Assembly (NCBI GenBank): GCA_963674695.2
Contig: CAXXGI010000001.1
Coordinates: 928,001-992,000, forward strand
Source of the DNA: a bacterium
Lineage (GTDB): Bacteria > UBA10199 > 2-02-FULL-44-16 > JAAZCA01
Length of the DNA: 64,000 bases
Direction of reading: 5' to 3'
Below the pieces are notes generated by a model, which worked only from the letters and a program-made list of their open reading frames with translations, had not been told where the DNA came from and did not search any database. This document shows positions 54,483-63,427 of the stretch, piece after piece. Every line of letters starts with the position of its first letter. The first letter of the stretch is position 1. A program made the translations under genes and the position numbers.

Positions 54483-56834
54483 TTGTTTCGAACGCGCCAC
54501 ACCATAATCGTCCTGGGTTTTGCCCTCTTCGCGATGTTCTTCGGGGCAGGAAATCTCATCTTCCCCCCGGCGCTCGGGCGCCTCTTCGGCGATGGGTTCT
54601 CCTGGGCGGCGATCGGCTTTTTGCTCACGGGCGTGGGCCTCCCGCTCATGGGCGTGATGGCGGTCGCCAAGGCCGAGGGCGGCATCGACCGGATCGCGGC
54701 ACGCCTCGACCCTCGAATCGCCAAGCTCCTCTCCATCATCGTCATGCTCGCGATCGGCCCGTTTCTGGCCATCCCGCGCACAGCGGCCACCACCTTTGAG
54801 CTCGGCATCGCGCCCAACCTCCCCTGGCTGGGACTCGCCCCTTTCTCCGTCATCTACTTCGTCGTGGTCCTCTTCTTCGCCCTCAATCCGCTGTCGGTGG
54901 TCGATCGGATCGGAAAGATCCTCACCCCGCTGCTCTTGGCCGCACTCCTGGCCCTGATCTTCAAGGGACTGGCCCACCCCATCGCCGCACCGATCGCGGG
55001 CGCCACACCCCACCCCTTCGGAACCGGGCTCATCGAGGGGTATCAGACGATGGACCTGATGGGCGCGGTGATCTTCGGCATCATCATCTTGAACGAACTG
55101 CGCAGTAAAGGGGTCTTCGAAAAAAGCCTGCAGATGAAGAGCATCGTGCGCGCGGGGCTCATCTCGGCAGGAGGACTGGCCGTCGTCTACGGGGGGCTGG
55201 TCTACCTCGGCGCCACCACCAGCGCCACCATCGGCGAAATGTCGCGCACCCAGCTGCTGCTCTTCATCGCCCATGAACTCTTCGGCCGCGGCGGCGGCAT
55301 CGTCCTGGGTCTGGCCGTCTCGATGGCCTGCCTGACCACCGCCATCGCGCTCACCGTCGTCTGCGGGGAATACTTCAACAAGCTCTCCTTCGGGCGACTG
55401 AGCTACCGCACCGTCTGTCTCGTCGTAGCGGGCTTGAGTCTCGTCTTCGCCAACTTCGGTCTCGAGCAGATCATTGCGCTGGCCGTGCCGCCGTTGGTGG
55501 CGCTCTATCCCGTCGTGATGGTCCTGGTGATCCTCTCGCTCCTGAGCCCGCGCCTTTCCAACCGCAACCTCTGGCGCGGCGCGGTGGCGGGCGCCTTCGC
55601 CGCGGGGCTTATCAAGGCGATCCACATCGCCCAGATCGGCAACGAGCACGTCGATGCGCTCTTCGATCTGATCCCCTTGACCGACCACGGCCTGGGTTGG
55701 GTCCTGCCGACCGTCGCCCTCGGGTTTGCCGGGTCGCTCATCCGCGAACGCGAGGACGAGCATTTTCGCGTGCTGGTCCTCTGCCCCAGCCAGCTCGAAA
55801 CCCGCGTGGCGATCTATGACGACACCATGCCGGTCTTCGAGTCCCGCGTCCCCCACAACCTGGACCGAGCGATGGATACCTCTGAACGCATTGCGGAGCT
55901 GAACTCGCTCAAGGAACACCTGCGCGATCGCCTCTCGCAGGAACACATCGATCTGTCGACCGTGAATGCCGTGGTCGCGCGCGGAGGATTCGTGCATCCG
56001 CTTCCGGGTGGCGTCTACCGCATCGCCGAACCGATGGTGCGCGATCTGGCCGAACACGCCTGGCGCCACCACCCCTCGAACTGGGGGGCGGCTATCGCCT
56101 TCGAGATTGCCAACGAAAACGATATCGACGCCTATATCGTCGATCCGGTCGTGGTCGACGAGATGGACGAGATCGCGCACCTGCTCGGGCTGCCCGACAT
56201 GCGGCGCTCCTCCATCTTTCACGCCTCCAGCCAGAAGCAAACCGCACGTCGCATCGCCAAGAACCTCTGGAAGAGCTACGACCGCATCAACGTCATCATC
56301 GCCCACCTGGGCGAGGGGACTTCCGTCGGTGCCCACCGCAAGGGGCGCGTGGTCGATGTGAACAACGCCCTCGACGGCGATGGGCCGTTTTCGATGCTCA
56401 ACGCGGGAAGCCTCCCCACCGTCGATGTCGTGCGCCTCTGTTTCGAAGAGGGCGCCAGCCAAGAAGCGGTCCTCGCCCGTATCCGCAGTCATGGGGGACT
56501 GGCCGCCCACTTGGGCACGGCCGATGCGGAGGTGATCTGTGCGCGCGTGGCCTCGGGCGATACCAAGGCCTGCGAAGCGATCGAAGCCATGGCCTATCAG
56601 ACGGCGAAATGGATCGGCGCGATGAGCATCCCGCTCGATGGCCGTGTGGATGGCATCGGCATCACGGGCGACCTCGCCGCCTGCCCGGAGCTCACCCGCG
56701 CTATCCGCAAACGCGTACGTCACCTCGCCCCTGTCTTCATCTTTCCGAACGACTCGGAGACACACGCACTCGTCGGAGGCGTGCTGCGCGCCCTGCGCGG
56801 CGAAGAGGAAGTGCGGGAGTATGAACCGCTGTAA
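54483..56834 (+). CDS. brnQ: BrnQ branched-chain amino acid carrier fused to a butyrate-kinase-like domain
   Basis: GFALFAMFFGAGNLIFPP, IGPFLAIPRTA, EGYQTMD, ACLTTAI; then RGG, IVDPVVVDE, GRVVDVNNALDGDGPFS, LRGEE, all in one frame. Confidence 0.92.
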   Translation: MFRTRHTIIVLGFALFAMFFGAGNLIFPPALGRLFGDGFSWAAIGFLLTGVGLPLMGVMAVAKAEGGIDRIAARLDPRIAKLLSIIVMLAIGPFLAIPRTAATTFELGIAPNLPWLGLAPFSVIYFVVVLFFALNPLSVVDRIGKILTPLLLAALLALIFKGLAHPIAAPIAGATPHPFGTGLIEGYQTMDLMGAVIFGIIILNELRSKGVFEKSLQMKSIVRAGLISAGGLAVVYGGLVYLGATTSATIGEMSRTQLLLFIAHELFGRGGGIVLGLAVSMACLTTAIALTVVCGEYFNKLSFGRLSYRTVCLVVAGLSLVFANFGLEQIIALAVPPLVALYPVVMVLVILSLLSPRLSNRNLWRGAVAGAFAAGLIKAIHIAQIGNEHVDALFDLIPLTDHGLGWVLPTVALGFAGSLIREREDEHFRVLVLCPSQLETRVAIYDDTMPVFESRVPHNLDRAMDTSERIAELNSLKEHLRDRLSQEHIDLSTVNAVVARGGFVHPLPGGVYRIAEPMVRDLAEHAWRHHPSNWGAAIAFEIANENDIDAYIVDPVVVDEMDEIAHLLGLPDMRRSSIFHASSQKQTARRIAKNLWKSYDRINVIIAHLGEGTSVGAHRKGRVVDVNNALDGDGPFSMLNAGSLPTVDVVRLCFEEGASQEAVLARIRSHGGLAAHLGTADAEVICARVASGDTKACEAIEAMAYQTAKWIGAMSIPLDGRVDGIGITGDLAACPELTRAIRKRVRHLAPVFIFPNDSETHALVGGVLRALRGEEEVREYEPL

Positions 56835-56908
56835 ACAGTTCGATGGTCCGACGGTTCGTCGGTTCGTCGGTTACAGCGTTTCAATCCTGTGATAGAGCGT
56901 CAAATTCG

Positions 56909-56988
56909 ATCGAACCATCGAACCATCGAACCATCGAACCATCGAACCATCGAACCATCGAACCATCGAACCATCGAACCATCGAACC
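56909..56988 (+). repeat. Perfect (ATCGAACC)x10 array
   Basis: Ends 1 nt before ATG 56990; degenerate inverted GGTTCG(A/T)N units at 56838-56873. Confidence 0.92.
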
Positions 56989-56989
56989 C

Positions 56990-59900
56990 ATGCACACACT
57001 CGGCATCGACATCGGATCCATCTCGCTCAAACTCGCGCTCATCGACGAGAAGGATGAAGTCTGTTTCAGCCGTTGGCAACGGGTCGCCGGCACGCCGATC
57101 CCGGTGCTGCGCGCGCTGCTTTCCGAACTGATCGCCGAATATCCCGACACCGTCATCGACGCCATCGGCGTGACCGGCAGCGGGCGCGAGCTGATCACAG
57201 CACCGCTCGGTGCCCACTCCGTCAACGAGATCACCGCACAGGCGCGCGCCTGCGCGCTGATCACCCCTGAGGCGCGCACGATCATCGAGATCGGCGGCCA
57301 GGATTCGAAACTCATCATCTTCGAGAATGACGAGAGCCGCGACATCCGCGAGTTCCGCATGAACGAGCTGTGCGCGGCGGGCACCGGCGCTTTTCTCGAT
57401 CAGCAGGCCGCGCGCTTGGGCCTTTCCATCGAGCGCTTTGCGCAACAGGCAGCCGATGCGACCGACCCGGTCCCGATCGCCGGTCGATGCGCGGTCTTTG
57501 CCAAGACCGACATGACCCACCATCAGCAGGAGGGTCGCTCCATCCCGGACATCGTGGCCGGCCTCAACGAAGCGCTCGTGCGCAGCTATCTGGCCGGGCT
57601 TGTGCGCGGTGCCGTACTTCCGCGCCCGATCGCCTTCCAGGGAGGAGTCGCCTCCAACGCCGGACTCGTCTCCGCCTTTCAGCGTCTTCTCGGAATCACC
57701 TCCGAGGAATTCATCGTCCCGGCGACCCATCGCGTTATGGGCGCCATCGGCGCCGCACACCTCGCTTCGGAGCAGACCATCGACCGAAAGACCACCCCCG
57801 AAAACATATTGCTCGTCGTCGAGGGGATCGAGGAGGGCGAACCCACGGAATCGATCGGCAGACCCATGGAGCCCCTGGTTCCCCTCGCACCACAGCCCAT
57901 CGCACCAGATTTTTCCCCCCTCGACCTGGATGGGGCCTACCTGGGAATCGACATCGGATCGGTCTCGGTCAAATTCGTCGTCATCGACCGCACGGGCGTG
58001 CGGCACAGCGACTATCGTTTCTCCGATGGGCGCCCCTTTGAAACGCTCAGGCCCATGCTCACGGAACTCGCTGAACGCCGCGCGGGACACCCCTTTTCCG
58101 GCGTCGGCATCACCGGCAGCGGCCGCGAATTCATCGGACGACTCATCGGTGCCGATGTCATTCAGAACGAGATCACCGCGCAGGCAGCAGCAGCGGCATT
58201 CCTCTTGCCGAACGTGGACACGGTCGTCGAGATCGGCGGACAGGATGCAAAGTTCATGCGATTGACGGGCGATCGCGCCGCACACTTCGCGATGAATCGC
58301 GTCTGCGCTGCCGGCACGGGCGCCTTTCTGCAAGAACAGGCCGCACGTCTGGGAATCGACCTGAAGCAAGATTTTGCACGCGAAGCGTTCGCAAGTTCTG
58401 CACCCGCTACGCTTGGCGAACGCTGTACCGTCTTCATGGAATCGGATCTGGTCTCCCATCAACAACGCGGTGCCAACAAGCGCGACTTAATCGCAGGGCT
58501 CGCCCTGAGCGTGGTGCAAAACTATCTCGATAAAGTTGTTTCCGGTCATCCCTGCGGAGAACGCATCCTCTTTCTCGGCGGAGTGGCGGAAAACCGCGCG
58601 GTTGCTGCCGCCCTTGAGCGCATGATCGGAAAGACGGTCACCACCTCAACCCTGGGAACGATTTCGGGCGCCATCGGTGCAGCGCTCGCGGCATTTCATG
58701 CACGGCGCGCCGAAGCATTCTCCGAGAGCCGCTTTCGCTTTGACGCGCTGGCCGTCGAGATCGAAACCTTCACCTGCGAGGAATGCCCAAACCGCTGTCG
58801 CATCATGCGCATTCGGGGCGGGCGCGATGAGACCATGGGCGGACGCTGTGGGCGATGGGATGCCTCGGCCGCACCGAAGACGACGCCGGGATTCAACGGC
58901 GTCATCGAACGGTGGAAGGTGATGGAACAGAATCCGTCACACGTGACCCGTGATCGACAAACGCCAGCCGTTCCGTCCACGGTTCACCGTTCACGGTTCA
59001 CGAAGATCGGCATTCCCCGCGCGCTGCTCGCCTTCGACCTTCTGCCCGCCTGGCGCAGCTTCTTCGAAGCACTCGGGTGCGAGATCGTCCTCTCGCCGCC
59101 AACGGATGCCAAACTCCTGGCCGACGGGATGCGCTCTCTCGTCGTGGAGACCTGCCTCCCCATGAAAGCGTTCTGCGCGCACGTCGACTGGCTCGATCGC
59201 AACGGCGACATCGATTTCCTCTTCGCTCCTTCGATCATCATCACCGAACGCGACCGACATGGACGACACACCACCCATTGCCCGTACATCTTCTCGCTTC
59301 CGCAGTTCGCCCAATCCGCCTGTCATGTGCCGATGCTCAAGCCGGCGATCAATTGGATGCACCATCCGCGCGATGAAGTGCTCGCGATGGAAGATGTTGC
59401 ACGAACGCTCGGCCGCTCTCGTCAGGAGGGTCGGTGCGCATGGGAGAAGGCCTGTGCCGTACAGGAGGAAACGCGCGCGCAGCTTCATCGCATCGGCACG
59501 GAGCAGCTCGCCGCTTTGTGCGCGAAAACAACGGACCGCGCTTTTCTGCTCATCGGAAAGGATTACACCCTCGCCGACGGCGCGCTCTCCTCAGACATCG
59601 CCACGCTCATCGCTGATCGGGGCGAGGTCGTTCTCACACAGGACATGTGCATCGATGATTCGGGCCAATACAGCGCGGCCTATGAATCGATGTACTGGCA
59701 CCATGGCAAGGAGATCCTCGCTGCCGCCGAGCTCTGTGCGCGCACGCCGAATCTCCATCCGGTCATCATCACGAGCTTTGGGTGTGGGCCGGATTCATTC
59801 ACGCTGCGCTTTGTGCGCGACATTCTGAAGAACACGCCGCACCTCGTCCTTGAAGTCGATGAACACAGCTCTGCTGTGGGCATGGCCACGCGCTTCGAGG

Positions 59901-61144
59901 CGTTCATCGACGCCCTGCCGAAAGAGAGGCAACGATCGACCGCGCCCACGCGCAGGGCGATCCGTTATACCAAACCGCCGCAGCGCGTCTATCTCCCCTT
60001 CTTTTCCGATCACGGGTATGCGTTTGCGGCGGCCATCAAAACCATGGGCCTCGAACCGATACTCACCGATCGTCCGAGCCGAGACGGGGCACGCAAGGGC
60101 ATGCCGTTTGCAACAACGGGCGAGTGTCATCCCTACGTCCTGATGCTCGGCGATTACCTCAAGGCTGCTGAAGAGATGTCCGAGGGAGAAGACGCCTGCT
60201 ACTTTATGCCGGAAGCGGGCGCCTGTCGTGTGGGACAGTTCGGTGCACAGATGCGGCTTGCTGCCGAGGATGCGGGCGTGACGCTTCCCATTTTCACGCG
60301 CATCCTCGATATCGTTCCGGCAGGCTCCCGTCGCAACGCCGTGAAGGCGCTGTCCACCTACTGGGAGATGATGCGCGGAATCGATTTCTATACACAGCTC
60401 TACTATGAAACACGCGCCCAGGAGACCACCCCGGGGACAGCTGATCGCGCTCACGACGAGGGACTGAAACTCCTCTGGGAATCGATCATGCATGATTCCG
60501 CGCAGGAGGGGCTGATCCTCGCACGCGACCGAATGTGCGCTGTCCCGGTCGACAAGACACAGCAACGCTTCAAGATCGCGGTCACCGGCGACTACTACAC
60601 GCGCGTCTGCGACTTTGCCAATGGAGAGGCTTTCCGCGACATCGAACGCATGGGCGGCATGGTCATGATTCCGCCGACGATGACGGAATTCATCAAATAC
60701 GATTCCCGCTGGAAGATCCCTGCGGCCATCCACCACCGCAAAGCGACCGACCTGGTGCAAGCACTCGCGATGCGTGGCATCGTGGACAACCGTGAAGAAC
60801 GAATGCACAAGCTCTTTGACGAACACCTCAGTTACAATGTGCCGCTGAACTATGATCGCCACATGAAGCTGATCGAGCCCTACATGGAGCGAAAGTATCC
60901 CTCGGCACTCATCGGCGCCGTGGCGGTGATCCTCGAACAGATTGAAGCGGGAGCGAGCGGGATCGTTTCGCTCATCACCTTTCACTGCACCTATGGGCTC
61001 GTCATCGGCGCGGTGCTCGCCGAGATCAAGAAGCGCCATCCCCGCATCCCGATCCTCACGCTCATCTTCGAGGGATTGGAGGCCACGCACAACCGCACCC
61101 GCCTGGAAGCCTTCATGGAGCGGGTGAAGAGCCGTAAACGGTGA
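56990..61144 (+). CDS. Fused acyl-CoA dehydratase-activase / reductase protein (plasmalogen synthase PlsAR / Ger-like)
   Basis: Two GIDIGS...EIGGQD..CAAGTG..RC(A/T)VF ASKHA Fe-S domains, CEECPNRC, KIGIPRAL, ETCLP, SFGCGPDS, EVDEHS, ECHP, CRVGQ, TRLEAF. Confidence 0.88.
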   Translation: MHTLGIDIGSISLKLALIDEKDEVCFSRWQRVAGTPIPVLRALLSELIAEYPDTVIDAIGVTGSGRELITAPLGAHSVNEITAQARACALITPEARTIIEIGGQDSKLIIFENDESRDIREFRMNELCAAGTGAFLDQQAARLGLSIERFAQQAADATDPVPIAGRCAVFAKTDMTHHQQEGRSIPDIVAGLNEALVRSYLAGLVRGAVLPRPIAFQGGVASNAGLVSAFQRLLGITSEEFIVPATHRVMGAIGAAHLASEQTIDRKTTPENILLVVEGIEEGEPTESIGRPMEPLVPLAPQPIAPDFSPLDLDGAYLGIDIGSVSVKFVVIDRTGVRHSDYRFSDGRPFETLRPMLTELAERRAGHPFSGVGITGSGREFIGRLIGADVIQNEITAQAAAAAFLLPNVDTVVEIGGQDAKFMRLTGDRAAHFAMNRVCAAGTGAFLQEQAARLGIDLKQDFAREAFASSAPATLGERCTVFMESDLVSHQQRGANKRDLIAGLALSVVQNYLDKVVSGHPCGERILFLGGVAENRAVAAALERMIGKTVTTSTLGTISGAIGAALAAFHARRAEAFSESRFRFDALAVEIETFTCEECPNRCRIMRIRGGRDETMGGRCGRWDASAAPKTTPGFNGVIERWKVMEQNPSHVTRDRQTPAVPSTVHRSRFTKIGIPRALLAFDLLPAWRSFFEALGCEIVLSPPTDAKLLADGMRSLVVETCLPMKAFCAHVDWLDRNGDIDFLFAPSIIITERDRHGRHTTHCPYIFSLPQFAQSACHVPMLKPAINWMHHPRDEVLAMEDVARTLGRSRQEGRCAWEKACAVQEETRAQLHRIGTEQLAALCAKTTDRAFLLIGKDYTLADGALSSDIATLIADRGEVVLTQDMCIDDSGQYSAAYESMYWHHGKEILAAAELCARTPNLHPVIITSFGCGPDSFTLRFVRDILKNTPHLVLEVDEHSSAVGMATRFEAFIDALPKERQRSTAPTRRAIRYTKPPQRVYLPFFSDHGYAFAAAIKTMGLEPILTDRPSRDGARKGMPFATTGECHPYVLMLGDYLKAAEEMSEGEDACYFMPEAGACRVGQFGAQMRLAAEDAGVTLPIFTRILDIVPAGSRRNAVKALSTYWEMMRGIDFYTQLYYETRAQETTPGTADRAHDEGLKLLWESIMHDSAQEGLILARDRMCAVPVDKTQQRFKIAVTGDYYTRVCDFANGEAFRDIERMGGMVMIPPTMTEFIKYDSRWKIPAAIHHRKATDLVQALAMRGIVDNREERMHKLFDEHLSYNVPLNYDRHMKLIEPYMERKYPSALIGAVAVILEQIEAGASGIVSLITFHCTYGLVIGAVLAEIKKRHPRIPILTLIFEGLEATHNRTRLEAFMERVKSRKR

Positions 61145-61244
61145 ACCGTAAACCGTGAACGGCAAGCATCATTGTGTTAGAGTTCACTGTTCACTGTTCA
61201 CTGTTCACTGTTCACTGTTCACTGTTCACTGTTCACTGTTCACG
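61134..61244. repeat. Inverted heptamer arrays (GTRAACN)n / (GTTCACT)x8-9
   Basis: The left array supplies the TGA stop; the right array 61182-61244 runs into the GGAGG SD of the next gene. Confidence 0.9.
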
Positions 61245-61252
61245 GAGGCATT

Positions 61253-61663
61253 ATGTTCATCCGCTTTCTCCTCTTCGGTATGCTGGGCATCTTCGCCACG
61301 CTCCTCTTCACGGCGGTGGCGGAATCGGTGGCCAAACGAAAATGGGATTTCACGGGACACGCCTCACTCATCCTCTTTCCGCTCTATGGCCTCATCGCCA
61401 TTCTCTATCCGCTCATCGCTTTGCGCCTCGGCGGCGTCCCCTGGTATGTGCGCGGCATCATCTATATGCTCGCCTTCTTCCTCGTTCAGCTCGTTGTCGG
61501 ATGGGCGCTCACGCGCTGGCGGATCTGCCCCTGGAGCTATGCCAAGGGCTGGTCGCTGGCGGGGCTCGTGCGCCTGACCGACGCGCCGATCTGGTTCGTC
61601 GCGGGCCTCATCGTCGAATGGATCTATCCGTTCGTGCAGGGGACTGCCTACAGCCTCTCGTGA
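61253..61663 (+). CDS. Small four-TM membrane protein (putative ABC permease/CmpB-like family)
   Basis: RFLLFG, FPLYG, RGIIY, CPWSY, GLVRL..APIWF pattern; good SD. Confidence 0.7.
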   Translation: MFIRFLLFGMLGIFATLLFTAVAESVAKRKWDFTGHASLILFPLYGLIAILYPLIALRLGGVPWYVRGIIYMLAFFLVQLVVGWALTRWRICPWSYAKGWSLAGLVRLTDAPIWFVAGLIVEWIYPFVQGTAYSLS

Positions 61664-61747
61664 GTGACCGTTCGAACTGGCGAGTTTGCGTGTGTCCCTT
61701 CTAAATGAACGCGCAACTTCTCACCCCCCGCCGCGATAATGGGGGTG

Positions 61748-63235
61748 ATGACAAAGATTTCCGACACTCCTGTTCCCCATCGATCGATCGTTCGACCTGA
61801 CGATGAAAGCCGAACGACAGATGGGCGCGAACCCTTGATCGAGGCGTTCCTGCGCGAAGTCACCTATGCGCTCAATGCGTCGCCCGGCGAGGAGCCGGCC
61901 GATCTGGAATGGATCCGTACCACCCTCATGGAGGCAGCTGATCCCGCCGGAGCATTGCTGCCAATTCTCGTCAAGCTGGCCCATAAGTATATAGTGCCGA
62001 CGCCGATGATCGAGGATTTGGAACGTCGGTGGATGACGAAATTCGCCGCAACGACGAAGAACACCGCCCCGACGGAGGAGACGCCGAAGAAGGAGCGCAA
62101 TCGGCAGACCTTCTTCGAACTCAAGCTCACGAACACATCTTCACCGCGCATCATGATCGGCGCCGCCGCACAGGCCGATGCAGAGGATACGCCCCTGTCG
62201 GCCTATCGTCGCACGGAAATCGACACCCTCCTCGCCCTCTTGCGCGGAAGCTCGGCTTCGCAGCGCATGGCGATCGTGGCGAGTCCTTCGGGCTCCTCCC
62301 TGCGCAAGCGCTTCATCGACAGCATCCGCCTGGCCCATGTCGATCGCCTTTCCGTTTCGACCAGCGTCATCGCGCACGCCGACCCCTCTCCGGAAGCACT
62401 CGATCGCATGGAAGAACTCTTCGCTGACCCGAATCACCTGGGAGCGCTCGTTCTGCTCAAGGAGGATGAACGCGCCGTCGATCCGGCACTCGTCTCTTTT
62501 TTACGGCAGATCTTCTTCCAGAACGCCTTGCGCCATTTGATCGTCGTCGTCGAGGGCGGCAGCCAATCCCATGCCGAGCTGACGACACCGCTGGTCCCCT
62601 TCTTTCGCTCTATCGCCGCGCCCGATCGCGATGCCGTCCACGGCATCGGCCTCAATCCGAAACAGATGAATCGGTTGCAGGTCAGTCAGTATTTCTATGG
62701 CACCACGAGGCTCAGTTCCGATGAAGGCCATAGCCGCGATCAGATCGTCGACCTGATCGTCAAACAGGTGCCGCCGCTTCCATCGGTCCTGGAGGAACTC
62801 TCCGCATCGATCCCCTCCGAACGATTTCATGAGGCACTGCGCCGTCAGTCCCGGATGGACGACCTGTGCATCCAGATCCGTGACTGGACGCAGACCATGT
62901 TGAGCAGACAACAACGAGGAAACAACGAAAACGCGCCGATGCCCTATATCATCTCTTCATCCCAGGGCGGCGATGAGTGGTACGCCGATCGTCTCGAACA
63001 GCTCGGACGAACGCATCAGCTCCAGTTTCAACACGAGATCCACCCCTTCGATCCGATCGTCGTGACGCTTGGCGATGAGATGCCGCCGGAGATGATCGAA
63101 GGCACATCGGATGCTTCCGAAACCCCCCTCGATGACCCATCGGATCTGAACGCCACCGCCTCGACCGAGGCGCTCCTGATGGGCGGCCTGTTCACCTATG
63201 CCCCCATCGCCCTAAACCCCGCGGGCGCGTTTTAG
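61748..63235 (+). CDS. Orphan protein
   Basis: About 495-aa ORF; starts MTKI like the downstream ORF. Confidence 0.65.
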   Translation: MTKISDTPVPHRSIVRPDDESRTTDGREPLIEAFLREVTYALNASPGEEPADLEWIRTTLMEAADPAGALLPILVKLAHKYIVPTPMIEDLERRWMTKFAATTKNTAPTEETPKKERNRQTFFELKLTNTSSPRIMIGAAAQADAEDTPLSAYRRTEIDTLLALLRGSSASQRMAIVASPSGSSLRKRFIDSIRLAHVDRLSVSTSVIAHADPSPEALDRMEELFADPNHLGALVLLKEDERAVDPALVSFLRQIFFQNALRHLIVVVEGGSQSHAELTTPLVPFFRSIAAPDRDAVHGIGLNPKQMNRLQVSQYFYGTTRLSSDEGHSRDQIVDLIVKQVPPLPSVLEELSASIPSERFHEALRRQSRMDDLCIQIRDWTQTMLSRQQRGNNENAPMPYIISSSQGGDEWYADRLEQLGRTHQLQFQHEIHPFDPIVVTLGDEMPPEMIEGTSDASETPLDDPSDLNATASTEALLMGGLFTYAPIALNPAGAF

Positions 63236-63427
63236 GGCGTTTCCCCACTTGCATTTTCGAGCCACTGACGGCAAATCAGCCCCTGATACGGGTTGGGGGA
63301 CCCTGAAAAGCAAAGGAATTTGCTTACTGTTTCGGTATTTTTCACGCAACCTTTTCGGGCAGCGGACGATACCAACTAGGAGTGGCCGTCACCGCCGGTG
63401 CGGTGGCGCCTTGCACCTGGGAACCCC

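Noticed and set aside
30261-61244. CRISPR array
   Set aside because: The repeats are 7-8 bp tandem units without unique spacers, and no cas genes are visible.
63268-63320. c-di-GMP-I riboswitch (GGCAAA...GGAC...GCAAAG)
   Set aside because: Spacing and the second stem do not fit; an Infernal search would be needed.
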